A DNA stretch of 64,000 bases from Paraspadella gotoi (taxonomy: Eukaryota; Animalia; Chaetognatha): the NCBI GenBank assembly GCA_051294375.1, contig CM119271.1, positions 13,578,372 through 13,642,371 of the forward strand, in the 5' to 3' direction. This document shows positions 41,431 through 54,169 of the stretch, piece after piece; within the stretch, counting starts at the first letter, position 1, and every line of letters starts with the position of its first letter. The notes below the pieces were generated by a model, which saw nothing but the letters and a program-made list of their open reading frames with translations, was not told the DNA's origin and ran no database searches. The position numbers and the translations under genes are program-made.

Positions 41431-42361
41431 TCCCACGGCCCCCGCGAAAAGTCAAACAGAGAACTTTGACTCGTTGCTTGACTGGGAGGAAGTTTCCGGT
41501 GAACAGTGGCGCTGTAGGGATCAGTGCGCACTCGTTCACTGGCGGCGGGAGTTGTTCTCTGGAATGGCGAGGGGCTGTAACAAACAGCGGCAAATTGTCG
41601 TCGTTTGAGTTTGGACGCCTGCCGCGGGTGTCAGAAATTTCGGGCGGCGCATGTGGAAAGGGGTTTGCTTTGAATGGCGCAAGGAGCAGTTGAGAAAAGC
41701 GTGCGACTTATCCAGGAAATGGTCGTCCAATAGGGCAAGAGCAGGCCTAGAAGGCGGGCTTTTTGCCCGAGCAGGTGGAGCCGGCGAGAAGGAGCCGGGC
41801 AAGAGAGAGAGTGTGATTACCGCACGGGAAGTACTGGAGTCTGGCCGAGAAGTTGGTACCAGTTTTGGGGGTATGGGAATGGATGGGGCCGGGCCAAGCC
41901 GAAGCGGTTCTGGCTGAGAGTTTGTCTAGGGAGGCCTGGGTCATTGGGCACGGTTCTTGTCTCGAAATTGAGTCACGTCTAACGGCGCGGATGGCCGCAA
42001 TCGGCAACCCCGATTAGAATGGTGGGCGTCACGATGGCATTGATGGCGCTGACAGTACTTGCCGCGTTGAGGACTTCAAATCGCGCACTCATACGCATCC
42101 CCTGTTCAATCTTTGTTTTTAACACAAGTTTGGGTGGAGGTGCTGAACCGTTTTTGTGCTCAGACTTTCCACAGAGGCGTCGGCCGTTGCAACTGCCTCA
42201 AGTCAGGAAGTGGCGTCATGAGGTTGTTGTTGTTTGTGACGGTGCATGGCGTCGATGGAACAAACCTCTGCTGGCAGTTGAAACATTGGCAGTACTTCGT
42301 CAAGTGTAAATAGTTGTTGAAGTATAAGCCCGTCTTTTGTCTCTTTTGGTCGTATGTCTGT
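41431..42361 (-). mobile_element. Internal 3' region of the LTR element, truncated by the gap at 42362
   Basis: High-complexity, GC-richer, microsatellite-free sequence contiguous with the PPT/LTR. Reading frames are broken and I recognised no RT/integrase motif. Confidence 0.5.
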
Positions 42362-42386
42362 NNNNNNNNNNNNNNNNNNNNNNNNN

Positions 42387-42463
42387 AATTAAATTAATTA
42401 ATTAAACTGAAACTAAACTGACTCCACAGCGCCCTCGCCTGAAATTCATAATTAATACGGTAA
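42387..42463 (-). repeat. Inverted unit of the ~105-bp satellite
   Basis: AAACTGAAACTAAACTGACTCCACAGCGCCCTCGCCTGAAATT is the reverse complement of the unit. Confidence 0.8.
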
Positions 42464-42867
42464 TGCAGCAAATTATACTACGGATAAAACACTCCGACAT
42501 AAAGATTTACGTGAGGCGATCGCTTCCGACAGAGGTCGCTTCAATTCGATTCGATTCAACTCGAGTCACGATTTGGGTCCCAAGCCACTGGTGAGAGGGA
42601 GACCTTCTTGGGAGATGAGAGCGGCTCCTTCGGCGAATTGATTGAGAGAGAGAGAGAGAGAGATTGTCTCCCGATTCTTTTCTCCTTTCAACTTCATATT
42701 TTTCATTCTTTCAATATAATTGGCTCTACGCTAATAGTCTGTCCCTCTTTTGTCTCAATTCAANNNNNNNNNNNNNNNNNNNNNNNNNTCCTTTCAACTT
42801 CATATTTTATTTCTTCAATATAATTGGCTCTACGCTAATAGTCTGTCCCTCTTTTGTCTCAATTCAA

Positions 42868-42913
<46 letters not shown>

Positions 42914-43467
42914 CCTCTCTCTGCTCTCTTCTCTCTCTCTCTCTCTCAATCAATTCGCGAAGGAGCCGCTCTCATCTCCCAAGAAGGTCTCCCTCTCTCT
43001 CACAGTGGCTTGGGAGCCCAAATCGGTGACTCGAGTTGAATCGAATCGAATTGAAGCTTGCCTTCTGTCGGAAGACTCGCGATCAGCTCGCCTGCATCTG
43101 CCTATAATGCTCGTGATGTACGGAGCAACATGTAGGTTGATGTAGTGCCGCTCTCGCGAGGTGAATGGGTCTTGGTTATATAGTGCTGTCATTATCCAGA
43201 GCCTAATATTGTATAATCTCTCTCTACCCCGAAAAAGAATCGGGAGACAATGAGGAGGAGGTGGAGGAGGAGGAGGAGGAGGAGTAAAAGAAAAGGAAAA
43301 CAGGCAATTGAAATTTTGACATATAAGAAAAGGAAAACAGGCAATTAAAATTTTGACATATAATGGTCGTCGTCTAAGTATTTTCTGGTTGATAGAAAAA
43401 CTCGAAAAAGAAAACTTTTCCCAACTCGAACGTTTATTCTCACGAAAAACTTCGCTTTTGTAGCGTG

Positions 43468-43595
43468 AAAAAGGCATGCCCGAGCAGGAGACATGCCCGA
43501 GAACATAATAAAAAGGCATGCCCGAGCAGGAGACATGCCCGAGAACATAACGAAAAGGCATGCCCGAGCAGGGGACATGCCCCAGCACATAACAA
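43468..43595. repeat. 42-bp tandem repeat x3
   Basis: AAAAGGCATGCCCGAGCAGGAGACATGCCCGAGAACATAATA, itself built from two CATGCCCGAG halves. Confidence 0.9.
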
Positions 43596-43850
43596 AATAA
43601 AGGGAAAGTCATGCTCGGACCGATACCGATAAGAGGCTTAAAACGAAAAGAAAGAAATAAAAAAATCAAAACTTTTTCTTTTCTTCTTTTTTAATCACGT
43701 GATGCGTTGATCACGTGACCCCCCCCCCTTTTCAACGTCGTCGTTGTTTTGTTGTCATTTCAATCATTCGTCGTCGTCGTCGTCGTCGTTGTCGTCGTTT
43801 TTAACGCGCCATTCGGCGGTCGTTCACCTCGGGAGGGAATCGTTCCAGGT

Positions 43851-43893
<43 letters not shown>

Positions 43894-44613
43894 TCGTCTT
43901 TGTCATTTCCGTTTTGTGTTTTGGGCAGTTTTAAGTTTTGGTTGTTGTTTTCCTTTTTTGTTTTGTAATTGTTGTTGTTGTTGTAGTGTCGCGAAACTCG
44001 AATTCCCTTTAGAGCCGCTACTTGTTCTTCGTCGTCGTCATCATCATCATCGTTCATATTCGTCATTGTCTTCGTCGTCATCATCGTTCATCGTCATCAT
44101 CGTCGTCATCGTCATCGTCGCCATATTCATTATCCCCCTTTATCGTCCCCACATTGTCGCGTCCCCCCCCCCTATCATTGTGTTGTAGATAATGTAGCGG
44201 AATTAAGCGCCCGTTAATGATCTCGTTTCAAAGTCGACGACGTTGTTATTAGAGACGCCTTTGGAAATAAACCGAGGATCTTTTTCTCTTTCGTTGTCGT
44301 CGTCGTCGTCATCTTCGTCGTTATTGTCGTCGTAATCGTCGTTATTGTCGTCGTAATCGTCGTCCTCGTCTTCATCTTCGTCATTGTCGTTCGTCATGAC
44401 AAAAGCGACATCTCACTCTCGCCACATCTTTGTCCCGCTTCCCCTCCGACAGAAAAGCGACGATGACAACGATGACAACGACGACGACGACAACGTAACG
44501 TAAATTGTCTCCTGTTTTTCTTTTCAATCTGATGCGATTTTCGTTATAAATTATTCTCCCACGTTCGGCCTCATGTCGTTTTCATTTTTCATTCGGGCCA
44601 AGCTGATGGTAAA

Positions 44614-44717
<104 letters not shown>

Positions 44718-45659
44718 ATTTTTTATTATTTATATAATATATATATATATTAGTTCCGCCTTATTTTACCGCCGGAAAGACAAAAGGTACTAAGAGATCC
44801 AGATAAAAACGTCTCGGAGAAAACTATTTCGGTTCTCGTCTGTTTTACTCTTCGGCGTTTTGTGATTTGTTGTTCGGAAGACGAATTTGGGGGGAAAGAG
44901 AAAAAGAGAGGGAAAATGAGAAAAGAGAAGAGGAAATAGAGAAGTAAAAACGGAGATAAAGAGAGCAGAGAGGAAACTCGAGAAGAGAAAAGAAAGGAGA
45001 GAAATCGCATGAGAGAAAAACAGGAAGAATACAAAAGTTAAAGAGCGAATATTAATTGAGACGAATGTAGTTCTGACTTCTGAGAAATATTATGAGGGGG
45101 AAAAAGAAAATAACAAAGGATTAAAAATAAAAGGGAGAAAATTTAAAAAAGAGGAATGTTTATAAATGAGAATAAATGTATATAGAAAATAGAGAATCAA
45201 GACAGGAGAAAAAATGAATTTCTGACCAATAAAGTTTTTAGAAAAGAAAAGAAAAGAAAAGAAAAGGAAAGAAAAGAAAAGAAAAGAAAAGAAAAGAAAA
45301 GAAAAGAAAAGAAAAGAAAAGAAAAGAAAAGAAAAGAAAAGAAAGTAAAAGAAAAGGAAAAGGAAAGAAAAGAAAATAGAGTAATTGCAGAAAGGCGCCA
45401 TTTCCTCACAAATTCGATCACAAATTCATGATTCGATTGCGATGAACGACTTCGAGACGACGACGACGACGACGACGACGTCGACCGACGAATGACGTCC
45501 GGCTTTCATCGACGAAGAAATTCATGACCAACTCACGTCCACTTACGCCCCCCCCCCTTCCGTCCGGCCCCTCCCCCCTCAACAGTGGGTCTCGCTTCAT
45601 TGATCACCAACACACACTTTGCCCACAATCCTGCAAGACTTCACCCACATCAGCCGGAA

Positions 45660-45880
45660 TTCTATGAAAATAGTGCAACCAATATAAAAATTATCCGTTC
45701 ATTTCATAAATAAGCTATCTTGCCCCTGACTTTGGGACAGGCTTTGGTGGTTTAAGGCCTCCATCACACTTACAAGATAATTACATAGCGGTTCCCTGCA
45801 ATTTTTCAATCAAGACTTTCTCACAGTCACGTTTATTCACTCCCAGAGTATCTGGCTTCCCTATCAATGAAGTGGTATAA
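45660..45880 (-). mobile_element. Family B repeat copy
   Basis: Reverse complement of 28660-28860. Confidence 0.6.
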
Positions 45881-46214
45881 TATTTTCAATTGTATGAAAA
45901 GACCTCACGACTACGAACGCAGTCAAACGAAAACATATTTTTCAAAAGTGATTTTTTTCAGCTTTATTTCAAAATTAAAAGAGTTTTAAAATTAGGAAGT
46001 GAATGAGAAGGAGAGGAGTAAAAGACCCACATCGGTCTATTTCCTTTTATACTGAGAGGGTTAAGGATTAAGTCAAGTCCTGATTCAGTGAGTATATTAA
46101 AGTTTTGGTTAAGAATTTGGGTTATTGATTTAATCAATGATTAGGATTAAGAGTAAGGGTTTAGAGAATAAAGGATAGTATAAGTGATTGGGTTTAAGGA
46201 TTAAATAATAAATA

Positions 46215-46397
46215 AGGAGTGAATAAACAAGACTGTGAAAGAGTCTTGATTGAAAGCTTGCAGGGATCTGTTATGTCATTATCTTGTAAGAGTGATGGAG
46301 ACCTTAAACCACCAAAGCCTGTCCAAAGTCAGGGGCAAGATAGCTTATTTATTAAATGAATGGATAATTTTTATATCCGTTGTACTAATTTCATATG
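46215..46397 (+). mobile_element. Family B repeat copy (inverted relative to 45660-45845)
   Basis: Direct visual alignment with 28702-28860. Confidence 0.6.
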
Positions 46398-46714
46398 ATA
46401 GTTAAGGATTGGGATCAAGTTTTATGGATTACAAGCTATTAACGTTAAAAGTCAAGGATACGAGTTAAGCATCAAGGTTAAGAATTAGATTAAGATTATA
46501 TTTAAAATTAAATTTAATGTTTAAAAAACAGAAACGGGGCAATTTCCGAGAATAGTGCCAAACAACTACAACAACAAAGTCAATGTCATAAATAGGACAT
46601 TAACAACAACAACAACAACAACAACGTCTCATTCCCTCCTCATTGTTCTGGATTTTCTGGATTTTCGTCTCACAGAGAAATTCGTCGACCGGACATCGCA
46701 GCTGGATCGTCCTT

Positions 46715-47172
46715 CGCCGTCGTCGTTCGTCATCGTCGTCTTTGTCATTCATCGTCGTTCGTCGTCGTCATTCATCGTCGTCGTCTTTGTCATTTCATTC
46801 GTCCATCTCGTTCCGTCGTCCATTCATCGTTCATCCGCTTGTTCATTCATCGTCGTCGTTGTCATTCATTCGATCGTCGTTGTTATCATCGTTCGTCGTT
46901 GTCATCTTCATCGTGTTCGTTTCAGCGTTTTCTTTCTTTTCATCTCGTGTCTCGTTTGTCATTCACTCCGTTCATCGTTGTCATTCCATCGTTCATCGTT
47001 GTCATTCATCGTCGTTCATCCGGTTGTCAATTCATCGTCGTCATTGTCCTTCATCGTTCATCGTTGTCATTCATCGTCGTCGTTGTCATTCATCGTTCCT
47101 CGTTGTCATTCATCGTCGTCGTTGTCATTCATTGTTGTCATTCATCGTCGTTATTCATCGTTCGTCGTCATT
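46715..47172. repeat. Degenerate (TCG/TCA)n low-complexity tract
   Basis: Repeated TCATTCATCGTCGTCGTTG-like units that generate spurious long ORFs. Confidence 0.85.
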
Positions 47173-47660
47173 AGATCTTCATCTTTTCTTCTCTCGTCTT
47201 ATTTCCTTTCTCACTTCTTCTCTCTATCATTTCGTCTTTCTATCAGCTCTACTTTCTATCATTTCTTCTTTCTATCAGTTCTTCTTTTTCCTTAATTCTT
47301 TCTTTCCTCCCTTTTTTCTTTTTTCCCGCCAATCTTTCTTTTTTTCGTTCCCGGCCAATCTTTTCTTCTTGTTCCCGCCAATCTTTCTTTTTTCCCGCAA
47401 ATCTTTCTTTTCTCCCGCCAATGCTTTCTTTTTTCCTGCCGCCAATGGCTTATCTTTCATTTTTCCCGCCAATGTTTCTTTTTTCACCGCCCAATCTTTT
47501 CCTATTTTCTTCTATCAAATTAAGACAATGAGTTAATCTTTGCGTCTGACGTCTTAATTTCATTATGAAGATGTTGCTCTTATTTAATAATAAATTTTAA
47601 AAAGGGGAGAACGAGTTTAATCCGCATTTTAATCTTTTCACTTTTTATCCTCGTATTACG

Positions 47661-48003
47661 TTTTTAGCGAGTACTCGCGGAGCAACTCTATAAGACACTT
47701 TTCGGTTGGTCTGTCCGTCGGTCGGTCGGTCCGTCGGTCGGTCGGTCAGTCGGTATGTCTGTCCGTCGGTCTGTCCCACTTACGTTAAAAATGCTCATTT
47801 GTTAAGAGTAGCGGCGTCTTCAGGAAATAAAAGACAAAATACAAAATTCCGATGCTTGACATAAATACACGAGCTAAGAAAGTTATGGTAGTTATGTAGT
47901 CATGTCATAATGTCATATAATGTCACGTCATGTCATCTCAAAAGAAATACGCGTATTGAGGCAGTCACTGCGGCGCAACACATTTGAATTAACGTTCTTG
48001 TTT
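47661..48003 (+). mobile_element. HINE/DINE-1-like copy
   Basis: GCGAGTACTCGCGGAGCAACTC, long (GGTC)n, 3' GCAGTCACTGCGGCGCAACACATTTGAATTAACGTTCTTGTTT. Confidence 0.7.
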
Positions 48004-48140
48004 CAATAATATTACACAAACACATCAACCATATTGTATATTATATTATATTATTTTCTTCAGAGTTATTATCCCTAGTTTCCATTTATCTTACCTTTCT
48101 CCCTCATTTAAACTTTTTTCCGTTTCTTTCCTACTGCCTC

Positions 48141-48193
<53 letters not shown>

Positions 48194-48796
48194 TCTTTCT
48201 TTCTCTCTCTCTCTCCCTCTCTATTTTTCCTTCCTCCTCCCTTTCCTCTCTCCCTCTCTTTCTTCTCCTCCTCCTTCCGTCATCTATCATCCAGAATTCC
48301 TCTCGTCTCCATCTTTGACGCTTCTTCAAACTTTCATCGCTCGGAGTGACTCTCTCTCTCTCTCTCTCTNNNNNNNNNNNNNNNNNNNNNNNNNNNNNNN
48401 NNNNNNNNNNNNNNNNNNNNNNNNNNNNNNNNNNNNNNNNNNNNNNNNNNNNNNNNNNNNNNNNNNNNNNNNNNNNNNNNNNNNNNNNNNNNNNNNNNNN
48501 NNNNNNNNNNNNNNNNNNNNNNNNNNNNNNNNNNNNNNNNNNNNNNNNNNNNNNNNNNNNNNNNNNNNNNNNNNNNNNNNNNNNNNNNNNNNNNNNNNNN
48601 NNTCTCTCTCTCTCTCTCTCTCTCTCCCTCTCCCTCTCTTTCCCCTTTTCCATTCATTCATAAACACACTTATTAATTAATTTATATATTCATATCCGTC
48701 CAATCCGTGAATTCTTGACTTCATTTATTGCTGCAATCAATCATTCAATCAATGAGTCATCTTCCTTCTCTTTGTCGTCGTAGTTTTTTTTCGAAA

Positions 48797-49077
48797 GGCT
48801 TTATTATCCCAAAGCGCCCAAGTTCATTTTAAATCAAATTATGTTAGAGGTTAAAATTACGGATTATGCTTAAGTTAGGAACTAGGTTAAGAATTAATGC
48901 TAGGTATTCTGTTAAAGATTATGGGTTTAAAGGTTAAATATTGTCTAACGAATTGTTCACCAATTTGTTCACCGATTGGGTTATAAGCTTAATCATAGTT
49001 TATGGTTAAATTTTGAAAGTTAAAATTAGATTCCGGAATTATTAACAAAAACGGGGCGCTTTTGGAAAAGGGTGCCC
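48797..49077 (-). mobile_element. Second copy of the telomere-like MITE family
   Basis: GGCTTTATTATCCCAAAGCGCCCAAGTT...AAACGGGGCGCTTTTGGAAAAGGGTGCC with a TTAGG/GGTTA-rich interior. Isolated ends also occur near 46530-46559, 51790-51820 and 54030-54060. Confidence 0.5.
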
Positions 49078-50378
49078 TTGCTCTCGTCGAATTCGATAAA
49101 CGCAATTACTGCTCAATTACAGTTGCAGTATACGACTAAGAGCAATGGGTGCTTAAATTGAGAGCGAGAGACGGGNNNNNNNNNNNNNNNNNNNNNNNNN
49201 NNNNNNNNNNNNNNNNNNNNNNNNNNNNNNNNNNNNNNNNNNNNNNNNNNNNNNNNNNNNNNNNNNNNNNNNNNNNNNNNNNNNNNNNNNNNNNNNNNNN
49301 NNNNNNNNNNNNNNNNNNNNNNNNNNNNNNNNNNNNAAAAAAAATGACGGGTGTACATTAACGTTATTACGAGTAATAAAAAGAGGACAGACATCTTATA
49401 TTTTCTCTCTTTTTTTTCATTCGATGTCATTTTTGTTATCATTGTATCACTTTAGAAATTAGGTCACGGTTTGATAACTTTGGTTATTTTCACGTTGTTT
49501 GTCATTTTATGTGAAAACATAGGTCATATGCTAATTATGAAAACATATGCTAACTATGAAAACATAGGTCATATGCTAACTATCAATCTCTCTCTCACTT
49601 NNNNNNNNNNNNNNNNNNNNNNNNNNNNNNNNNNNNNNNNNNNNNNNNNNNNNNNNNNNNNNNNNNNNNNNNNNNNNNNNNNNNNNNNNNNNNNNNNNNN
49701 NNNNNNNNNNNNNNNNNNNNNNNNNNNNNNNNNNNNNNNNNNNNNNNNNNNNNNNNNNNNNNNNNNNNNNNNNNNNNNNNNNNNNNNNNNNNNNNNNNNN
49801 NNNNNNNNNNNNNNNNNNNNNNNNNNNNNNNNNNNNNNNNNNNNNNNNNNNNNNNNNNNNNNNNNNNNNNNNNNNNNNNNNNNNNNNNNTTCCTCCTCCT
49901 CCTCCTCCTCCTCCTCTTCCTCCTCCTCCGCCTCGAAATCTCAGCGCCTTATCGCTGACCAAATCCTTGGTCCTTATTTAACTGCGAAAAGAAATGGAGG
50001 GAAAGAGAGAGAGATTAGAGAGAGAGGGAGTGGAAAAAGGGAGAGAGAGAGAGTGAGAGGAAGAGAGAGGGAGGATGGAGAGAAAAAAAGAGAGNNNNNN
50101 NNNNNNNNNNNNNNNNNNNNNNNNNNNNNNNNNNNNNNNNNNNNNNNNNNNNNNNNNNNNNNNNNNNNNNNNNNNNNNNNNNNNNNNNNNNNNNNNNNNN
50201 NNNNNNNNNNNNNNNNNNNNNNNNNNNNNNNNNNNNNNNNNNNNNNNNNNNNNNNNNNNNNNNNNNNNNNNNNNNNNNNNNNNNNNNNNNNNNNNNNNNN
50301 NNNNNNNNNNNNNNNNNNNNNNNNNNNNNNNNNNNNNNNNNNNNNNNNNNNNNNNNNNNNNNNNNNNNNNNNNNNNNN

Positions 50379-50414
<36 letters not shown>

Positions 50415-52479
50415 AGGGAGGGAAAAAGAGAGAAATAAAAAAAAGATAGAGAGAGACAGAGTTAATTGGACAAACAAAAGGAACGCGNNNNNNNNNNNNN
50501 NNNNNNNNNNNNNNNNNNNNNNNNNNNNNNNNNNNNNNNNNNNNNNNNNNNNNNNNNNNNNNNNNNNNNNNNNNNNNNNNNNNNNNNNNNNNNNNNNNNN
50601 NNNNNNNNNNNNNNNNNNNNNNNNNNNNNNNNNNNNNNNNNNNNNNNNNNNNNNNNNNNNNNNNNNNNNNNNNNNNNNNNNNNNNNNNNNNNNNNNNNNN
50701 NNNNNNNNNNNNNNNNNNNNNNNNNNNNNNNNNNNNNNNNNNNNNNNNNNNNNNNNNCGACGGAAGTTAACAAGTGTTCGTCCATTAATTTCTGTCGCGA
50801 GAAAAAAGAGAGAGATAGAGATACAGAGAGAGAGAGAGATAAGAAGCAGGAAAATGGAAAAAAATTAAACAAACAAAAGAGAAATAATAGGAAAAGTTTA
50901 AAAGTAAATGAAAACATCGACGGAGATAAAAAAAAAAAAGGAAATAAATCTCAAAAATAAAAATAAAATAAAAACAATACTGTTAAAAAACTTGAAAGGT
51001 ATTAACTTTAGAAATAATCTATAAAGTAATTGTAAAATATTGTCTCTCCTCCGGTCAATCTTTTGACTTGACCTTAAAATGACCGATTCTTTCGGCTTTC
51101 TGGTCAACCTTCATTTGGTTTCTTTTAGCCACAGTTTTGAGAGACTGATCTTTCGCGAAGAACGAGTTACAAAAAATAGTTTTCACAGGTTCCACAGATT
51201 CCACATTTTGAACCACAATTTTCATGATTAATTCTTCAGAAAATAGAACGTTTTCGGAATTTATACCACGTTTTCGAGATTCATTTCCACTCTCAAGATA
51301 TAGAGAGCCAGCAAGAATTTGCGAACCCTCGTTAAAAGAGCTCGGACGGCCGCTACCTCGAACGCTCGACCTTGAGGGACGTAGAAAATAAGAGACATTT
51401 TCTACAGTAATAAAAGCAGATCGAAAAAAAAAGCATTCAACTATAAAACAGTCGTTAGAAATACAATCGTCTAAATATAAATCAGAAGTTGAAAGAAATT
51501 CACTAGTATAAAAAGGAAAATAAGGAAACAAAAAAAAGGGGAATAAAATGGCGAGAGTTTATCAAGTTTCTTTGACCTAATTTTTCCATAACACCCCATT
51601 TCATCTTAAATTTGGTGCATAAAATAAGATCTTTAGAAACCCGTAAAAATATTGGCCCAACATAAAACTGGTCACAGAGAAAAATGGCTAAATGTCCTGA
51701 AACATCTTTAACATTCGGAATTGAGTTGTGTTTGGTCAAAGGTTAAGGTTAAGTATTAAGATTAAAATTAAGTTTTGGGGTTAAGCAACAGAAATGTGGC
51801 GCTTTCGGAAAATAGAGCCGTTTCTTTTATCTATTCAGTTTCGTGATATTTTTTCTCCGCCGTTGCCTCGGCAATTTGAAATTTAATACCAACAAATAAA
51901 TATTAACCATTAAAATATGATATCATTGTATTTTATTTTCTTTATATTTTTGACATATGCCAGTCGATGCCATCAGTCATTTGTCGTCTTCTGCCGCTTC
52001 TGCCATTCGTCGTGACCAATAGGCCAATTGGCCCTTCCATTGCTCATTTGGGTCAATGTCCTTTCGGTACATTGACCAATGAGGACCTTAATTATGGCGA
52101 GTACAATTTCGATCGACCAGGGCCGCCCGATGCTCGGTGCCCAGTGATACTCTATCCATTTCTGCATTCATTTTTTTACCACTGGATCTGCCACTTGATT
52201 CCGTCTTTACCTCTTGATTGCCGTCTCTATCACTTGACGCCATCTATACCGCTAGATGCCACCTCTACCTCTTGATTGCCGTCTCTGCTGTTTGCCATCG
52301 CGTCCTCATTCACGGCGTCCAAAGTTAAACCTCGCCGCCGCCGCCGCCGCCATCGCAGCCGCAGCCGCCGCCGCCGCCGCAGCCGCCATCGCCGCCGCCG
52401 CCTTCACTTCGTTCACGCTTTTCACGCGTTTCAACCATTTTTCATTCGCGCAATTTTACGTTGACAAAGAGAAAGTAGC

Positions 52480-52518
<39 letters not shown>

Positions 52519-52545
52519 TCTCTCTCTCTCCTTCTCTCTCTCTCT

Positions 52546-52576
<31 letters not shown>

Positions 52577-52668
52577 ACACACTCTCACGCCTCCGTGACC
52601 AACAGACAATTTCACGCGACAATTAAGACCGTCCGTTCTCTCTCTCTCTCTCCTCCTCTCTTCTCTCT

Positions 52669-52727
<59 letters not shown>

Positions 52728-53095
52728 AAGTGACCATCGCCCTTTGTAACCACGGGTGGTCATTTAAGGAAGGTGAACAGCCTCTCTTTTGTCCGCCGTT
52801 ATATTTTTTCACTCACACTCTCTTAGTCTCTCTATTACTATTAATAATTCATCTTAAACGTGAAATAATTTTTTCACTCTTCTACGAAACATTATCGAAG
52901 TTGCTGATGACTTTTCTTTTAAAGGCAAACGATAAGATGAGGAAGCCAAGTACCAATTAGTTTGGTCATGAACCGGGTCTTAAGAGAGTCTTGAGAGAAA
53001 GCTTACACTGTAAGACCCTGTAAGTTACAGGGTCTGGCCGGGTGATTATCCTGTAAAAGCCTGTTTGAAGTTAGGGGCTCGATGGCTTATTTGTT

Positions 53096-53525
53096 GAATG
53101 AATGAATGAATGAATGAATGAATGAATGAATGAATGAATGAATGAATGAATGAATGAATGAATGAATGAATGAAATAATTAATAAATGAATGAATGAATG
53201 AATGAATGAAAGAATTAAATAATGAATGAATGAAAGAATTAATGAATGAATTAATGAAAGAATTAATGAATGAATTAATGAATGAATGATTGAATGAATG
53301 AATGAATGAATGAATGAATGAATGAATGAATGAATGAATGAATGAATGAATGAATGATGAATGAATGAAAGAATTAAATAATGAATGAATGAAAAAAATA
53401 ATGAATGAATTAATGAATGAATGAATGAATGAATGAATGAATGAATGAATGAATGAATGAATGAATGAATGAATGAATGAATGAATGAATGAATGAAAGA
53501 ATTAATAAATGAATGAATGAATGGA
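53096..53525. repeat. Long (GAAT)n microsatellite, probably an expanded tail of a family-B-like SINE
   Basis: About 430 bp of GAAT units directly after AAAGCCTGTTTGAAGTTAGGGGCTCGATGGCTTATTTG. Confidence 0.85.
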
Positions 53526-53653
53526 TGGTTTAAATTTAAGAAACATACGACACTACTCTGGTGTTTTTAAGTACCCAAACAACTTTGATTGTGGAAGAAA
53601 TATATTCACATAAAAAAAAAGGCTGCAATATTTGACATCGGTTAAAAAAAAAA

Positions 53654-53980
53654 TTAACTCGAGGTGGAAAATGTGCTCTCCTTCATTGTCGGTTGATAAC
53701 CTGGACTAGGCTGCGCATTCCCCAACATGGGCGGTCCAGATCCCGACATGGGCTGCCCATATCCCGTCATTGGTTGTCCATACCCAGGCAAAGTTTGTCC
53801 GTACCCGGGCATAGGTTGTTCATAACCAGGCATAGGTTGTCCGTACCCAGCCATGGGTTGTCCGTACCCAGTCATCGGTTGTCCGTAGCCGGGCATCGGC
53901 AGCGCGTAGCCCGTACCGACCGCTGTGGGCGGAGGGCCTGTCGTTGGAGGCCGAGGGTCGTAGGCGTTTAACGTCACAAC
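53654..53980 (-). CDS. Single-pass membrane protein, last exon (Pro/Gly/Tyr/Gln heptad-repeat tail)
   Basis: Acceptor CTTTTCTCTTCTTCAG|GTT at 53980 is in frame with the previous exon: VVTLNAYDPRPPTTGPPP...(PMxGYGQ) about 7 times...STSS*. The 21-bp repeat keeps frame and varies mostly at synonymous sites. Confidence 0.82.
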   Translation of the reverse strand, partial: VVTLNAYDPRPPTTGPPPTAVGTGYALPMPGYGQPMTGYGQPMAGYGQPMPGYEQPMPGYGQTLPGYGQPMTGYGQPMSGSGPPMLGNAQPSPGYQPTMKESTFSTSS

Positions 53981-54169
53981 CTGAAGAAGAGAAAAGAGTT
54001 GAAGGTAAGTGTAGGGGTAAGGATTTTGAGCATTATTTTAGGAAAGCGCCCCGTTTTTGTTTCTAATCCCTGAACTTAATTTTAAATTTAAAGAGAAGAC
54101 GTTGACGACAATGGCAGCGTCTTTGACTTTCTTTGTGCAGAGAAGGAAAGCAGATGGAGACGGTCATTG

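Noticed and set aside
42515-43085. Inverted duplication containing GGGTCCCAAGCC (twister-like)
   Set aside because: The mirrored copy reads GGGCTCCCAAGCC, no P2/P4 pairing is evident, and the duplication flanks a gap, so it is likely an artefact.
46555-47536. 246-aa and 297-aa ORFs
   Set aside because: They arise from stop-poor (TCG/TCA)n and (CT)n low-complexity DNA that is open in several frames.
52256-52960. Poly-Ala ORF of 234 aa
   Set aside because: A (GCC)n tract followed by (CT)n runs; no domain or convincing splice signals.
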